This document shows, piece after piece, positions 10,501-19,537 of a stretch of 47,073 nucleotides of DNA (positions are counted from its first letter, which is position 1; the number at the start of each line of letters is the position of its first letter). The notes under the pieces were generated by a model. It had not been told where the DNA came from. It saw only the letters and a list, made by a program, of their open reading frames with translations, and did no database searches. The stretch is taken from the NCBI GenBank assembly GCA_903831595.1, contig CAIKXY010000001.1:1-47073 (forward strand). Reading direction: 5' to 3'. Position numbers and translations under genes: made by a program. The stretch comes from an uncultured bacterium (lineage in GTDB: Bacteria; Patescibacteriota; Minisyncoccia; Phycocordibacterales; GWA1-40-21).

Positions 10501-10935
10501 ATGCTTATTGGAGAATATATACATACATTAGATGAGAAAAAAAGAGTTTCACTTCCAGTAAAATTTCGTAAAGAAGTTGGTAAAAAAATAATTATTACTG
10601 CAGGTCTCGATAATTGTCTTTGGATTTTTACGCAAACTCAGTGGAAAAAAATATCAGATAAACTTTCAGATTTTTCTATGCTACAGGCGGACAATAGAAG
10701 TTTCAACAGGTATATGTTTGGTTCAGCAACTGAGGTTGAAGTAGATACAATCGGAAGAATATTATTGCCAGAATTTTTGGTTTCTCGTGCTTCTCTAAAA
10801 AACAAAATAGCGGTAGTTGGAGTTCAAGACAGAATAGAAATTTGGAATGATTCAGCATGGAAAGAATATAAAAATGTAGTAGAAAAGAAGGCTGATCAGC
10901 TCGCAGAAAAACTTGGACAGGCGGGAGCATTATAA
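10501..10935 (+). CDS. mraZ: Transcriptional regulator MraZ
   Basis: GEYIHTLDEKKRVSLP, DTIGRILLP, GVQDRIEIW. Confidence 0.97.
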   Translation: MLIGEYIHTLDEKKRVSLPVKFRKEVGKKIIITAGLDNCLWIFTQTQWKKISDKLSDFSMLQADNRSFNRYMFGSATEVEVDTIGRILLPEFLVSRASLKNKIAVVGVQDRIEIWNDSAWKEYKNVVEKKADQLAEKLGQAGAL

Positions 10936-10939
10936 AAAT

Positions 10940-11827
10940 ATGATACACAAGACAGTTCTTTTAAATGAATCAATAGATAACCTTAACCTTAAACCCGGAG
11001 CAATATTTTTTGACGGTACTTTAGGTGGTGCTGGGCATAGTTTAAAAGTTTGTTCAGATTTTGGTGGAAAAGTAAGAATTATTGCTACGGATAGGGACAA
11101 TCTAGCAATAAGAAATGCCAAAGAAAAACTTTCTAACGATGGTTGTAATACAGATTTGATTCTTGATGATTACAGAAACATTGACAAGGTATTAACAAAT
11201 TTAAATGTTGAAAAAATTGATGGAATATTGCTAGATCTAGGACTTTCTTCAGACCAATTGGATGCATCAGGAAGAGGGTTTACTTTTAAAAACAATGAAC
11301 CGTTACTTATGACATTTTCAGAGGATGACCAAAAGGTAAATGCAAAAATAATTGTAAATAATTGGAGTGAAGAAACAATAGCAGATATTTTGTACGGATA
11401 CTCAGATGAAAGGTACTCAAGAAAAATCGCAAAAGCAATTGTTGAAAATAGAAAAATTAAGGCGATAGAAACGACGTTTGACTTAGTGAAAGTAATAGAA
11501 AATTCAGTACCAGCAGGTTATCGAAGAGGAAAGACACATTTCGCCACAAAAACTTTTCAAGCACTCAGAATCGCAGTTAATGATGAAATTACAGCACTTA
11601 AAGAAGGAATGAAAAAAGGTTGGGAATTTTTAAAAAAAGAAGGGCGAATGGCAATAATTTCATTTCATAGTGTAGAAGATAGAGAAGTAAAGCAGTATTT
11701 TAAAGAAAAATCAAAAATAGGTGAGGGCAGATTAATAAATAAAAAACCAATAATTCCAACCGACGAAGAAATAAAGCAGAATCCAAGAGCAAGAAGTGCA
11801 AAATTAAGAGTAATAGAAAAAATATAA
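10940..11827 (+). CDS. rsmH: 16S rRNA m4C1402 methyltransferase RsmH
   Basis: HKTVLLNE, DGTLGGAGHS, DLGLSSDQLD, FQALRIAVNDE, NPRARSAKLR; ATG at 10940. Confidence 0.97.
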   Translation: MIHKTVLLNESIDNLNLKPGAIFFDGTLGGAGHSLKVCSDFGGKVRIIATDRDNLAIRNAKEKLSNDGCNTDLILDDYRNIDKVLTNLNVEKIDGILLDLGLSSDQLDASGRGFTFKNNEPLLMTFSEDDQKVNAKIIVNNWSEETIADILYGYSDERYSRKIAKAIVENRKIKAIETTFDLVKVIENSVPAGYRRGKTHFATKTFQALRIAVNDEITALKEGMKKGWEFLKKEGRMAIISFHSVEDREVKQYFKEKSKIGEGRLINKKPIIPTDEEIKQNPRARSAKLRVIEKI

Positions 11828-12165
11828 TGGTCGCACAAATAATAAAAAAACAAATAGAACAAATCGAATATCGAGAAAAGAAAATTTTCTGGGTTCTTTT
11901 CTCGTTGTTTGCATTTTTAATTGTTTCTTATGGAATATTAGTTAATGATATTTTTTCTAATGGAGTTTCTCAACAAAATATGGAAAAAAGTATTGTTTCC
12001 TTAAATTCTGATGTAAATACTCTAGAATTTCAATATTTAGGCCTAAAAAATAGTATTACTTTGGCTTTAGCAGAGTCCAAGGGGTTTGTTTCAGTCGCTA
12101 CAGATAAATTCGCAGTAGTAAATTCAGTTCAAAAAAATCTATCTTTGTCTGTAAATGAAAACTAA
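11827..12165 (+). CDS. FtsL-like cell division protein
   Basis: Single TM plus coiled coil ending A...GF; canonical position between rsmH and ftsI. Confidence 0.65.
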   Translation: MVAQIIKKQIEQIEYREKKIFWVLFSLFAFLIVSYGILVNDIFSNGVSQQNMEKSIVSLNSDVNTLEFQYLGLKNSITLALAESKGFVSVATDKFAVVNSVQKNLSLSVNEN

Positions 12166-13897
12166 TCCTTTTCAAAAAAAAGTCAGGTGGATATTTGGTA
12201 TTATAGTGTTTTTTGCATTGATAATGGTCACAAGACTGTATTTTTTGCAAATTGTTCATGGTCAAAATTATTCTGACAAAGCAGATAGACAATATACAAG
12301 CATTTCAGTTGATACTTTTGATAGGGGAAGTATTTTTTTTGAAAATAAAAATGAAGATTTAATATCCGCTGCCAGTTTAAAAACAGGATATATTTTAGCC
12401 ATTAATACTAAACTCATTGCTACTGATACAGAAATGTATTATAAAAAAATTTCAAGTATCATAACTATTGACCCAGGAACTTTTTACTCAAAAATATCAA
12501 AAGTAAATGATCCTTATGAGGAAATAGCAAAGCAAATACCTGAAGAAAAAATAAAACAAATTAATGATCTAAATCTTCCAGGATTAATAATTGAAAAAGA
12601 AAAATGGAGATATTATCCTGGTGATAGTTTGGCGTCGAACGTCATAGGTTTTACAGGATACGATGATAGTGGAGTAAACATTTTGGGAAGATATGGTCTT
12701 GAAAAGTATTATGAGGACAATTTAAAAAGAGATAGTAGTACTCTATATGTAAATACATTTGCTGAAATTTTTTCTAATATTAGTAATAATTTTATTCAAA
12801 ATAAAAATAGAGAAGCAGATATTGTCACGTCTATTGACCCTGAAGTGCAGGGTTATGTAGAAAAGGTAATTTCAGATACAAATAACAAATGGAGCTCGAA
12901 TCTAACTGGAGCCATTGTGATAGACCCAAATACCGGAGAAATTTATTCTATGGCTGTAACCCCAACATTTAATTTAAATAATTTTAAAGGAGAAACCAAT
13001 GTAAGTGTTTTTTCAAATCCACTAGTGTCTGATTCCTATGAAATGGGATCAATTATTAAACCACTTACCATGGCTGCTGGGCTTGATGATGGGGATGTGA
13101 CTGCAAAAACAACTTATAATGATAAGGGCAATATCCAATCGGATGGTTATACAGTTTACAACTTTGATAAAAAAGGTAGGGGAGTTGTCGACATGCAGGC
13201 AGTACTAAATAATTCCTTGAACACTGGTGCTGCTTTTGTAATGAATTCTCTAGGAAAAGATAAGTTTTTACAATATTTTAAAAACTATGGTATAGGTTCG
13301 GAAACTGGTATTGACCTTCCTGCAGAAGCAGCTGGAAATATAGGCAACTTATTAAATAATTTAAATAATAATAAAAAAATTGAGTACATCACAGCATCTT
13401 TTGGACAAGGCATTTCAATGACACCAATAATAACAGCCAGAGCACTTTCAACATTGGCAAATGGAGGAAAACTAATAATACCCCACGTTGTTAAGACAAT
13501 AAATTATAAAGTTGGCCTTGCAAAAAATATCTCTTATGTTGATGAGGCAAAACAAGTTTTAACTAAACAAACTTCAGAGGAAATTACTCGAATGCTTGTA
13601 AGGGTGGTAGATGAAGCTCTTGCTGGCGGAACTATGAAAATGAAAAATTATAGTATTGCTGCAAAGACTGGTACTGCTCAAATTTCAAGACCAATAAAGG
13701 AAGGTGGTGGATATTACCCTGACAAATGGCTTCACTCATTTTTTGGGTATTTTCCAGCATATAAGCCAAGATTTTTAGTGTTTCTTTACACAGTTGATCC
13801 AAAAAATGTTAATTATGCATCGCAAACTCTTACTTCTCCATTTTTTGACATAACAAAATTTCTAATTAATTATTATGAAATAGTACCTGATAGATAA
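12155..13897 (+). CDS. ftsI: Division penicillin-binding protein FtsI/PBP3
   Basis: RGSIF, RYYP, GLEKYY, YEMGSIIK, SLN, KTGTAQ; in dcw cluster. Confidence 0.92.
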   Translation: MKTNPFQKKVRWIFGIIVFFALIMVTRLYFLQIVHGQNYSDKADRQYTSISVDTFDRGSIFFENKNEDLISAASLKTGYILAINTKLIATDTEMYYKKISSIITIDPGTFYSKISKVNDPYEEIAKQIPEEKIKQINDLNLPGLIIEKEKWRYYPGDSLASNVIGFTGYDDSGVNILGRYGLEKYYEDNLKRDSSTLYVNTFAEIFSNISNNFIQNKNREADIVTSIDPEVQGYVEKVISDTNNKWSSNLTGAIVIDPNTGEIYSMAVTPTFNLNNFKGETNVSVFSNPLVSDSYEMGSIIKPLTMAAGLDDGDVTAKTTYNDKGNIQSDGYTVYNFDKKGRGVVDMQAVLNNSLNTGAAFVMNSLGKDKFLQYFKNYGIGSETGIDLPAEAAGNIGNLLNNLNNNKKIEYITASFGQGISMTPIITARALSTLANGGKLIIPHVVKTINYKVGLAKNISYVDEAKQVLTKQTSEEITRMLVRVVDEALAGGTMKMKNYSIAAKTGTAQISRPIKEGGGYYPDKWLHSFFGYFPAYKPRFLVFLYTVDPKNVNYASQTLTSPFFDITKFLINYYEIVPDR

Positions 13898-13933
13898 AGT
13901 GCTAAAGTAATAAAAATATGTTAGTTTTGGTAT

Positions 13934-15232
13934 ATGAAATTAATATTTAAAAAAATAATATCATTGATAATTACGTGTGAAGCTATTTTAATTATAAAAA
14001 AATATAAACCAAAGATTATAGCAGTCACCGGAAGTGTTGGAAAAACATCCACAAAAGATGCAATTTTTGCCGTTATGTCCTCCTCATTTTTTGTCAGAAA
14101 AAGCGAAAAAAGTTTCAATAGTGATATCGGAATTCCGCTAACTATTTTAGGTTGCCAAAATGCGTGGTTTGATCCAATTAAATGGTGCAAGAATATTTTT
14201 CATGGGTTAATGTTGATAATATTTAAAAACAAGTACCCAGAATGGTTGGTTTTGGAAGTCGGTGCCGATAGACCAGGAGATATAAAAAATGTGACAAAAT
14301 GGTTAAAGCCAGATGTTGTCGTTTTGACTTCTTTCGCAAAAGTACCAGTGCATATAGAGTTTTTTAAAGATAGAGAAGCAGTTATTAGAGAAAAAAAATA
14401 TTTGGTTGATGCGCTAAAGAAAGATGGAATTTTGATTGTTAATGGTGATGATGATGATTCATTAAAAATTAAGGAATCAACAAAAAATTTATCAATAATA
14501 TATGGTACAAGTAAAACTTCTGATTTGGTTGCAACTGACATTAAAAATTATTATGGAGAAGATGAAAAAATAGAAGGGATTACATTTAAAGTTGTTTACC
14601 AAGAAAATATTGTCCCAGTGATAATAAGGGGTGCACTTGGGGATAAAAGTTTATATTCTTCCTTGGCAGCTATTGCCCTTGGAATTAGTCAAAAAATTAA
14701 TATTGTTAAAGCTGGTGAAGCTCTAATAAATCTTGAAGCATCAAAGGGAAGAATGAGAATAATTAAAGGCATAAAAAATACCGTAATAATTGATGATACA
14801 TATAATTCATCACCCAAAGCTTTGGGCTCAGCTTTGAATACTTTAAAAGATATAAAAAAAATTAATAGAGCCAGAAAAATTACGGTCTTAGGAGATATGC
14901 TTGAACTTGGGAAGTATTCTTCTGAAGAACATTATAAAGCTGGTAAACTAGCCGCTGGAGTTTCTGATATTTTGATTACCGTGGGGATTCGTTCTCGGAA
15001 AATTGCTGAAGGCGCCCAAGATGCACTATTGAATAAAAAAGATATATATCAATTTGAAGACTCTTTTGAAGCAGGAAAATATATAAAAAATTTATTGAAA
15101 GAAGGAGATATTATATTAGTAAAAGGTTCACAATCTATAAGAACGGAAAGAATTGTTGAAGAGGTTATGTTAGAGCCAGAAAAAGCTAGAGAATTACTTG
15201 TCAGACAAGAAAGTGAATGGAAGAACAAATAA
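13934..15232 (+). CDS. murF: UDP-MurNAc-tripeptide--D-Ala-D-Ala ligase
   Basis: VTGSVGKTSTK, DDTYNSSP, LGDMLELG, LVKGS; the N-terminal domain is replaced by a short hydrophobic helix. Confidence 0.92.
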   Translation: MKLIFKKIISLIITCEAILIIKKYKPKIIAVTGSVGKTSTKDAIFAVMSSSFFVRKSEKSFNSDIGIPLTILGCQNAWFDPIKWCKNIFHGLMLIIFKNKYPEWLVLEVGADRPGDIKNVTKWLKPDVVVLTSFAKVPVHIEFFKDREAVIREKKYLVDALKKDGILIVNGDDDDSLKIKESTKNLSIIYGTSKTSDLVATDIKNYYGEDEKIEGITFKVVYQENIVPVIIRGALGDKSLYSSLAAIALGISQKINIVKAGEALINLEASKGRMRIIKGIKNTVIIDDTYNSSPKALGSALNTLKDIKKINRARKITVLGDMLELGKYSSEEHYKAGKLAAGVSDILITVGIRSRKIAEGAQDALLNKKDIYQFEDSFEAGKYIKNLLKEGDIILVKGSQSIRTERIVEEVMLEPEKARELLVRQESEWKNK

Positions 15233-15262
15233 AAAAAGCCGAAGTTAATCCTTCGGCTTTTT
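15233..15262. terminator. Bidirectional intrinsic terminator
   Basis: AAAAAGCCGAAG-ttaatc-CTTCGGCTTTTT between convergent genes. Confidence 0.85.
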
Positions 15263-15379
15263 GTACAAATACCTGCAATCATCGCTCTCTTTCATTTTTT
15301 TAATTATAATGTACCTGTCATATAAACCAAGTACAATAATAATTAACAGTGCTATTACAATAAAGACTAGTATTCTCAT
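15245..15379 (-). CDS. 44-aa single-TM protein not in the ORF track (MRILVFIVIALLIIIVLGLYDRYIIIKKMKESDDCRYLYKKPKD)
   Basis: GGAGGAGG SD; ATGA overlap with the stop of 15376..15585; ends inside the terminator. Confidence 0.65.
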   Translation of the reverse strand: MRILVFIVIALLIIIVLGLYDRYIIIKKMKESDDCRYLYKKPKD

Positions 15380-15585
15380 GCCTCCTCCTCAATTTTTTTT
15401 GTATCGCTTTTACTTAAAATATAATCTTTAACCACAAAATGTAATGTGGCACCTCCAAAAATAATAAAGACTATTAGTGTAGCAACCATCAGAACTAATT
15501 CTTGCTCAAAAATAGAACCTATAATAATGAATCCAATAAACGCAAATACAATAATAGGCAATAAAATGTTATTGTCATTATTCAT
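15376..15585 (-). CDS. Small two-TM hypothetical protein
   Basis: AAGGAGG SD; TTGACA at 15645-15640; two hydrophobic helices. Confidence 0.7.
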   Translation of the reverse strand: MNNDNNILLPIIVFAFIGFIIIGSIFEQELVLMVATLIVFIIFGGATLHFVVKDYILSKSDTKKIEEEA

Positions 15586-15665
15586 ATTTCCTCCTTGTGT
15601 ACGAACTTTCTATTTTAATAATATATGTAAATAATACAATGTCAATCAACACTGAATTATATTTG

Positions 15666-16205
15666 TTACTTAATTATATAAACATAGAGTGTTTTGCACA
15701 TTTTATCTTTGTGTTTAGGTAGGTCAATTATTTCATCTGGATTTAACCCCGAAAACTTAAAAGAACATGAAACAATACGTGTACCAGGTCTGCACTCATA
15801 ACTAATTTTAGCAATCAACTTATCCATTATTTTAGGAAAAAGATATAAATATATGTGAGTTGCATCTCTAAGAGAAATATTCTCAATATCGCTACAAATT
15901 ATTTCTATGTTAGTTTTTCTAGTAAAAAATTTTGTTAAAATATAAACAATAAAGTTTTTTTCTACACCTATAGCACGAATATCATTATTTTTTATTGCTT
16001 CTAACAAAACTCTTCCATCACCGCAACCCAAATCATACAAAACACTATTATTTTTTAATTTTAATGACTCTATGATTTTTTTAATAACTCTATTTTTAAC
16101 TGGTACATATGGTGCATCAGTAAAAAAAGAATTAATCAAATATATTGAATAAATAATTATAGATACAAGCCAGATTATATAAACAAATAATAAAATATAT
16201 ATCAT
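15666..16205 (-). CDS. Membrane-anchored class I SAM-dependent methyltransferase
   Basis: APYVP, YDLGCGDGR, YLYLFP, RIVSCSF. Confidence 0.9.
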   Translation of the reverse strand: MIYILLFVYIIWLVSIIIYSIYLINSFFTDAPYVPVKNRVIKKIIESLKLKNNSVLYDLGCGDGRVLLEAIKNNDIRAIGVEKNFIVYILTKFFTRKTNIEIICSDIENISLRDATHIYLYLFPKIMDKLIAKISYECRPGTRIVSCSFKFSGLNPDEIIDLPKHKDKMCKTLYVYIIK

Positions 16206-16221
16206 AAAATTGTAAATTTTG

Positions 16222-16293
16222 TGACCTTACGGGGAATCGAACCCCGATTCCAGCCTTGAGAAGGCCGTGTCCTAACCGTTAGACGATAAGGCC
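16222..16293 (-). tRNA. tRNA-Glu(CTC), CCA not encoded
   Basis: GGCCTTA/TAAGGTC acceptor stem; anticodon arm CGGCC-TTCTCAA-GGCTG; T arm CGGGG-TTCGATT-CCCCG; 72 nt. Confidence 0.96.
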
Positions 16294-16403
16294 CTAAAAC
16301 ATTTTGTAGTCAAAATGTTTGGGCTAACAATTTTTAATAAAATCGTTTTAGCCATAACTAACAAGCATAATATATCAGTTTTTAATGTTTTGAACAAATA
16401 AAA

Positions 16404-16432
16404 GGGGACGAGTCAATGTTCTGACCGTCCCC
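16404..16432 (-). terminator. Intrinsic terminator of the 16438..16653 unit
   Basis: GGGGACG/CGTCCCC and GTCA/TGAC stems followed by a T tract on minus. Confidence 0.75.
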
Positions 16433-16437
16433 ATATT

Positions 16438-16653
16438 TTAAAAAATATTTTTTTTGACATTCCATTTTCTTCTACCTTTTGCTTTGCTTTTTCTCCTCGT
16501 CTCTCTCATTCTTTTTCTCCAGTACTGAAAGTTTTCTACATTCAGCCCTGGAAATTCCTCACATACTATCTCTAATGCCCGTTTATTTCCTACAGTAGAC
16601 TCAAGTAAAATTATCCTGGCCAAAACTTTAAAAAATAAATCATTCAGTTCCAT
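16438..16653 (-). CDS. Small basic HTH-like hypothetical protein
   Basis: GGAGGTGA SD; similar to 17310..17546 (VCEEFPGL vs VCKEFPQL). Confidence 0.7.
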   Translation of the reverse strand: MELNDLFFKVLARIILLESTVGNKRALEIVCEEFPGLNVENFQYWRKRMRETRRKSKAKGRRKWNVKKNIF

Positions 16654-16681
16654 TTAGATGTCACCTCCATCTGAAATAAAA

Positions 16682-16705
16682 TGGGGAGCGGTATTTTGCT
16701 CCCCA
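16682..16705 (-). terminator. Hairpin/terminator after 16711..17160
   Basis: TGGGGAGC-ggtatttt-GCTCCCCA followed by TTTTATTT on minus. Confidence 0.75.
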
Positions 16706-16710
16706 AATCT

Positions 16711-17160
16711 TTAAAATAATCCATCCGGATATTCTTTAACCTTTTTCTTGTTATCAGCTGAATAAAGGTGGGGGAACATCCTCTTTCTTTCATTTTCTTC
16801 CAAAATTTTCTTTTCAATGAAATCCCTCAAACTCTTTGTATTTCTGATACTAGAAAGTTTTGCCGCCATACATATTGCTTCATCCTTAGGGAAGCATTGG
16901 CGTTCAGACAAATCTTTGAACTTTTCATACACTGGTGCTAACTTTTTCCCCAAATCTATCTCCTTTTGGATTTTGTTAATTTCTGCTTTCTTTTTGTTTG
17001 TTTTTGCTGCTTTCAGCGCAAAAAAATGTGCTGTGGAGCCAGTAGTATATCCGTAAGCATTATCTGTCTTAAGATATGCTAATCTGTGCCCAAAACCTTT
17101 TTTATATACTAGGTTTTGAGCATAACTAACTGCTTCTTGCGAGATATTATCATAACCCAT
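16711..17160 (-). CDS. Hypothetical helical protein (HTH-like segment)
   Basis: AAGGAGG SD; TTGACA...TGGTACAAT promoter at 17290-17261. Confidence 0.75.
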   Translation of the reverse strand: MGYDNISQEAVSYAQNLVYKKGFGHRLAYLKTDNAYGYTTGSTAHFFALKAAKTNKKKAEINKIQKEIDLGKKLAPVYEKFKDLSERQCFPKDEAICMAAKLSSIRNTKSLRDFIEKKILEENERKRMFPHLYSADNKKKVKEYPDGLF

Positions 17161-17294
17161 AATTCCTCCTTGGAATCATTGAATTTACTATAAAGTTTTG
17201 TAGTTATTAATGTGCTCAAATCTAATTATTTTATTGAATAGCTAGATCACTCTATATTAAATTGTACCATATAAACATGTTATCTGTCAAACAA

Positions 17295-17322
17295 AAAGGG
17301 AACCTAGTTTCAGGTTCCCTTT
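17295..17322 (-). terminator. Intrinsic terminator
   Basis: AAAGGGAACCT-agtttc-AGGTTCCCTTT; its T tract runs into the next TTGACA. Confidence 0.8.
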
Positions 17323-17546
17323 GAACTTATTTTCTCAAAATCAGTCCAACACTTTTTTCTTTCCTCCTTATTATTATTTGTTGCTCTAATATACCACCTT
17401 AAAATATCAGGATCTAATTGCGGAAATTCCTTGCATACATTTTCAATAGTATATTCGTTACCATTCTTTTTATTTTGTTCCTCATAGTACTTCATCCCAA
17501 TCAGATACTTTATTTCAGGTGATTTTTGCCTCTTTCCCGTAGGCAT
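17310..17546 (-). CDS. Small HTH-like hypothetical protein
   Basis: AAGGGGG SD; TTGACA at 17607-17602; apparent paralog of 16438..16653. Confidence 0.7.
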   Translation of the reverse strand: MPTGKRQKSPEIKYLIGMKYYEEQNKKNGNEYTIENVCKEFPQLDPDILRWYIRATNNNKEERKKCWTDFEKISSKGT

Positions 17547-17634
17547 TTTTATACCCCCTTTTTAAGAACATTTGTTAAAATGATAAACAAAATAAATATA
17601 TTGTCAAACAAAAAAAGAGACCATTTGGCCTCTT

Positions 17635-17910
17635 TTAATCATTATTTTTATATGTTTCATAATCACTTGGTCTATTCCTTTGTTGCTCTGCTTCCTCTTG
17701 TCTCCATTTATCCTCAAGAATTTTTCTATCTTCTAAGTAAGTTACTAGCTTATCTTTTGCAACACCAAATTTTTCTGCTGTTTTTTCTATCAACTCTTTG
17801 TCTCTATTTGAGCCCAATTCTTTCATTGCCTTAAAACACAACGAATTATTTATTTCATCAAAAAAATCTGTTTGTTCATTTTGTCCACTTGGAATACTTT
17901 CTTTTTTCAT
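17635..17910 (-). CDS. Small HTH-like hypothetical protein
   Basis: IEKTAEKFGVAKDKLVTYL pattern; starts 4 nt after yqeY; followed by a hairpin at 17613-17636. Confidence 0.7.
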   Translation of the reverse strand: MKKESIPSGQNEQTDFFDEINNSLCFKAMKELGSNRDKELIEKTAEKFGVAKDKLVTYLEDRKILEDKWRQEEAEQQRNRPSDYETYKNND

Positions 17911-17914
17911 AATT

Positions 17915-18367
17915 TTATTTTACTAATTCCTCTAAAATTTGTTTTACTAACATACCATCAGCTTTTCCTTTGAGCTCTTTCATAATACCGCCCATAAATT
18001 GACCAAGCTTTGCTTTATCTATAGTACCTGCTTCAGCTACTTTAGCTTTAACCACCTTTTCAATTTCTTCTTTGTTCATCATTTGTGGCAAAAATGCTTC
18101 AAGAATTTTCATTTCAGCTTCCTCGTTTTTAACCAAATCTATTCTATTACCCTTAGTAAATTGCTCAATAGAATCTTTCCTCTGTTTTACAAGTCTTCTT
18201 ATTATTGTAATGGCATCATCATCCGACATTTCAGGAGTAGTGATTTTCTTAGCTAGCATTTCATTTGTAAAAACAGCGGAGATGTTACGAAGCACAGTAA
18301 GTCGTAATGTATCTTTTTTCAACATTGCATCTTTTATTCCATCTTTTATTTGTTTGTGTAGTGACAT
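17915..18367 (-). CDS. yqeY: GatB/YqeY domain protein
   Basis: IKDAMLKKD, KQRKDSIEQF..GNR.DL, FLPQMM, MKELKGKADG. Confidence 0.93.
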   Translation of the reverse strand: MSLHKQIKDGIKDAMLKKDTLRLTVLRNISAVFTNEMLAKKITTPEMSDDDAITIIRRLVKQRKDSIEQFTKGNRIDLVKNEEAEMKILEAFLPQMMNKEEIEKVVKAKVAEAGTIDKAKLGQFMGGIMKELKGKADGMLVKQILEELVK

Positions 18368-18470
18368 ATTTTTACAAATTAACGAATTATACTAATAATA
18401 CAAATTGTTTCGAATAATCTAATACATAAGCTATATTATCATATTTAAAATTTATTGGTATAATGTATTT

Positions 18471-19505
18471 ATGGAATCAATAATCTTATTTATTTTGTTA
18501 GCAATCGTAATATTATTACTTCTTTGGATAGTATTTGCTAAGAAAGGAAACAATGAAAATAGTTTGATAATAAATCAGATAAACGATTTGCGTAGGACTG
18601 TCGATGACAAAATGAGCGAAAGTACCAAGCAAATGACCGAGTCTGTGAGAAATCAGTTTACTGAGTCGGCAAAGCTTATCAAAGATGTTACTCAAGGTCT
18701 TACAAAACTCGACGAAACAAATAGGCAAGTTGTTTCTTTTGCAGACCAACTTCAGTCACTTCAAGATATTTTAAAGAATCCTAAACACCGAGGAATCTTG
18801 GGTGAATATTATTTGGAAACATTGTTGCAAAATGTTTTGGCTCCCACACAATATAAAATGCAATACGCTTTTTCAAATGGTGAAATTGTTGACGCGGTTG
18901 TATTTGTAAAAGATAAAATAATTCCAGTTGATTCAAAATTCTCTTTGGAAAATTATAATAAATTAAGTACTGAACAAAACCCACAAGAAAAAGAAAAGCT
19001 GGAGAAAGCCTTTGTAAATGATTTAAAATTAAGGATACAAGAAACCTCTAAATATATAAGACCAAAAGAGGGGACGATGGATTTTGCATTTATGTTTATT
19101 CCTCACGAAGCAATTTATTATGATTTGTTGGTAAATAAAATTGGTGCTATGGCTGAAGAAACAGACAACCTTATTCAGCGCGCAGCAAATAAATATAAAG
19201 TAATAATAGTGTCTCCAACATCTTTCTTGGCATATTTGCAAACAGTTTTGCAGGGTTTGAAAGCGATGCAAATAGAGGAATCAGTTAAAGGTGTTATTAA
19301 AAATGTAGAAGGGCTTCAAAAACATTTTAAGAGTTTTGAAGAATATCAGGAAAAACTCGGTAATTCTCTAGCCACAACTGTAAATCACTATAATGCTTCA
19401 AATAAAGAATTTAAGAAAATTGATAAAGATATTGTAAGGATTACAGGAAAAGAATCAGACATTGGACTTTTGGAAGTCGCGAAACCAGAAAGGGAAGATG
19501 AGTAG
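18471..19505 (+). CDS. rmuC: DNA recombination protein RmuC
   Basis: N-terminal TM, RGILGEYYLE, IPVDSKFSL, TMDFAFMFIP, VSPTS. Confidence 0.94.
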   Translation: MESIILFILLAIVILLLLWIVFAKKGNNENSLIINQINDLRRTVDDKMSESTKQMTESVRNQFTESAKLIKDVTQGLTKLDETNRQVVSFADQLQSLQDILKNPKHRGILGEYYLETLLQNVLAPTQYKMQYAFSNGEIVDAVVFVKDKIIPVDSKFSLENYNKLSTEQNPQEKEKLEKAFVNDLKLRIQETSKYIRPKEGTMDFAFMFIPHEAIYYDLLVNKIGAMAEETDNLIQRAANKYKVIIVSPTSFLAYLQTVLQGLKAMQIEESVKGVIKNVEGLQKHFKSFEEYQEKLGNSLATTVNHYNASNKEFKKIDKDIVRITGKESDIGLLEVAKPEREDE

Positions 19506-19537
19506 AAAATATTAAACATTTAAGGTAGTATAAAAAT

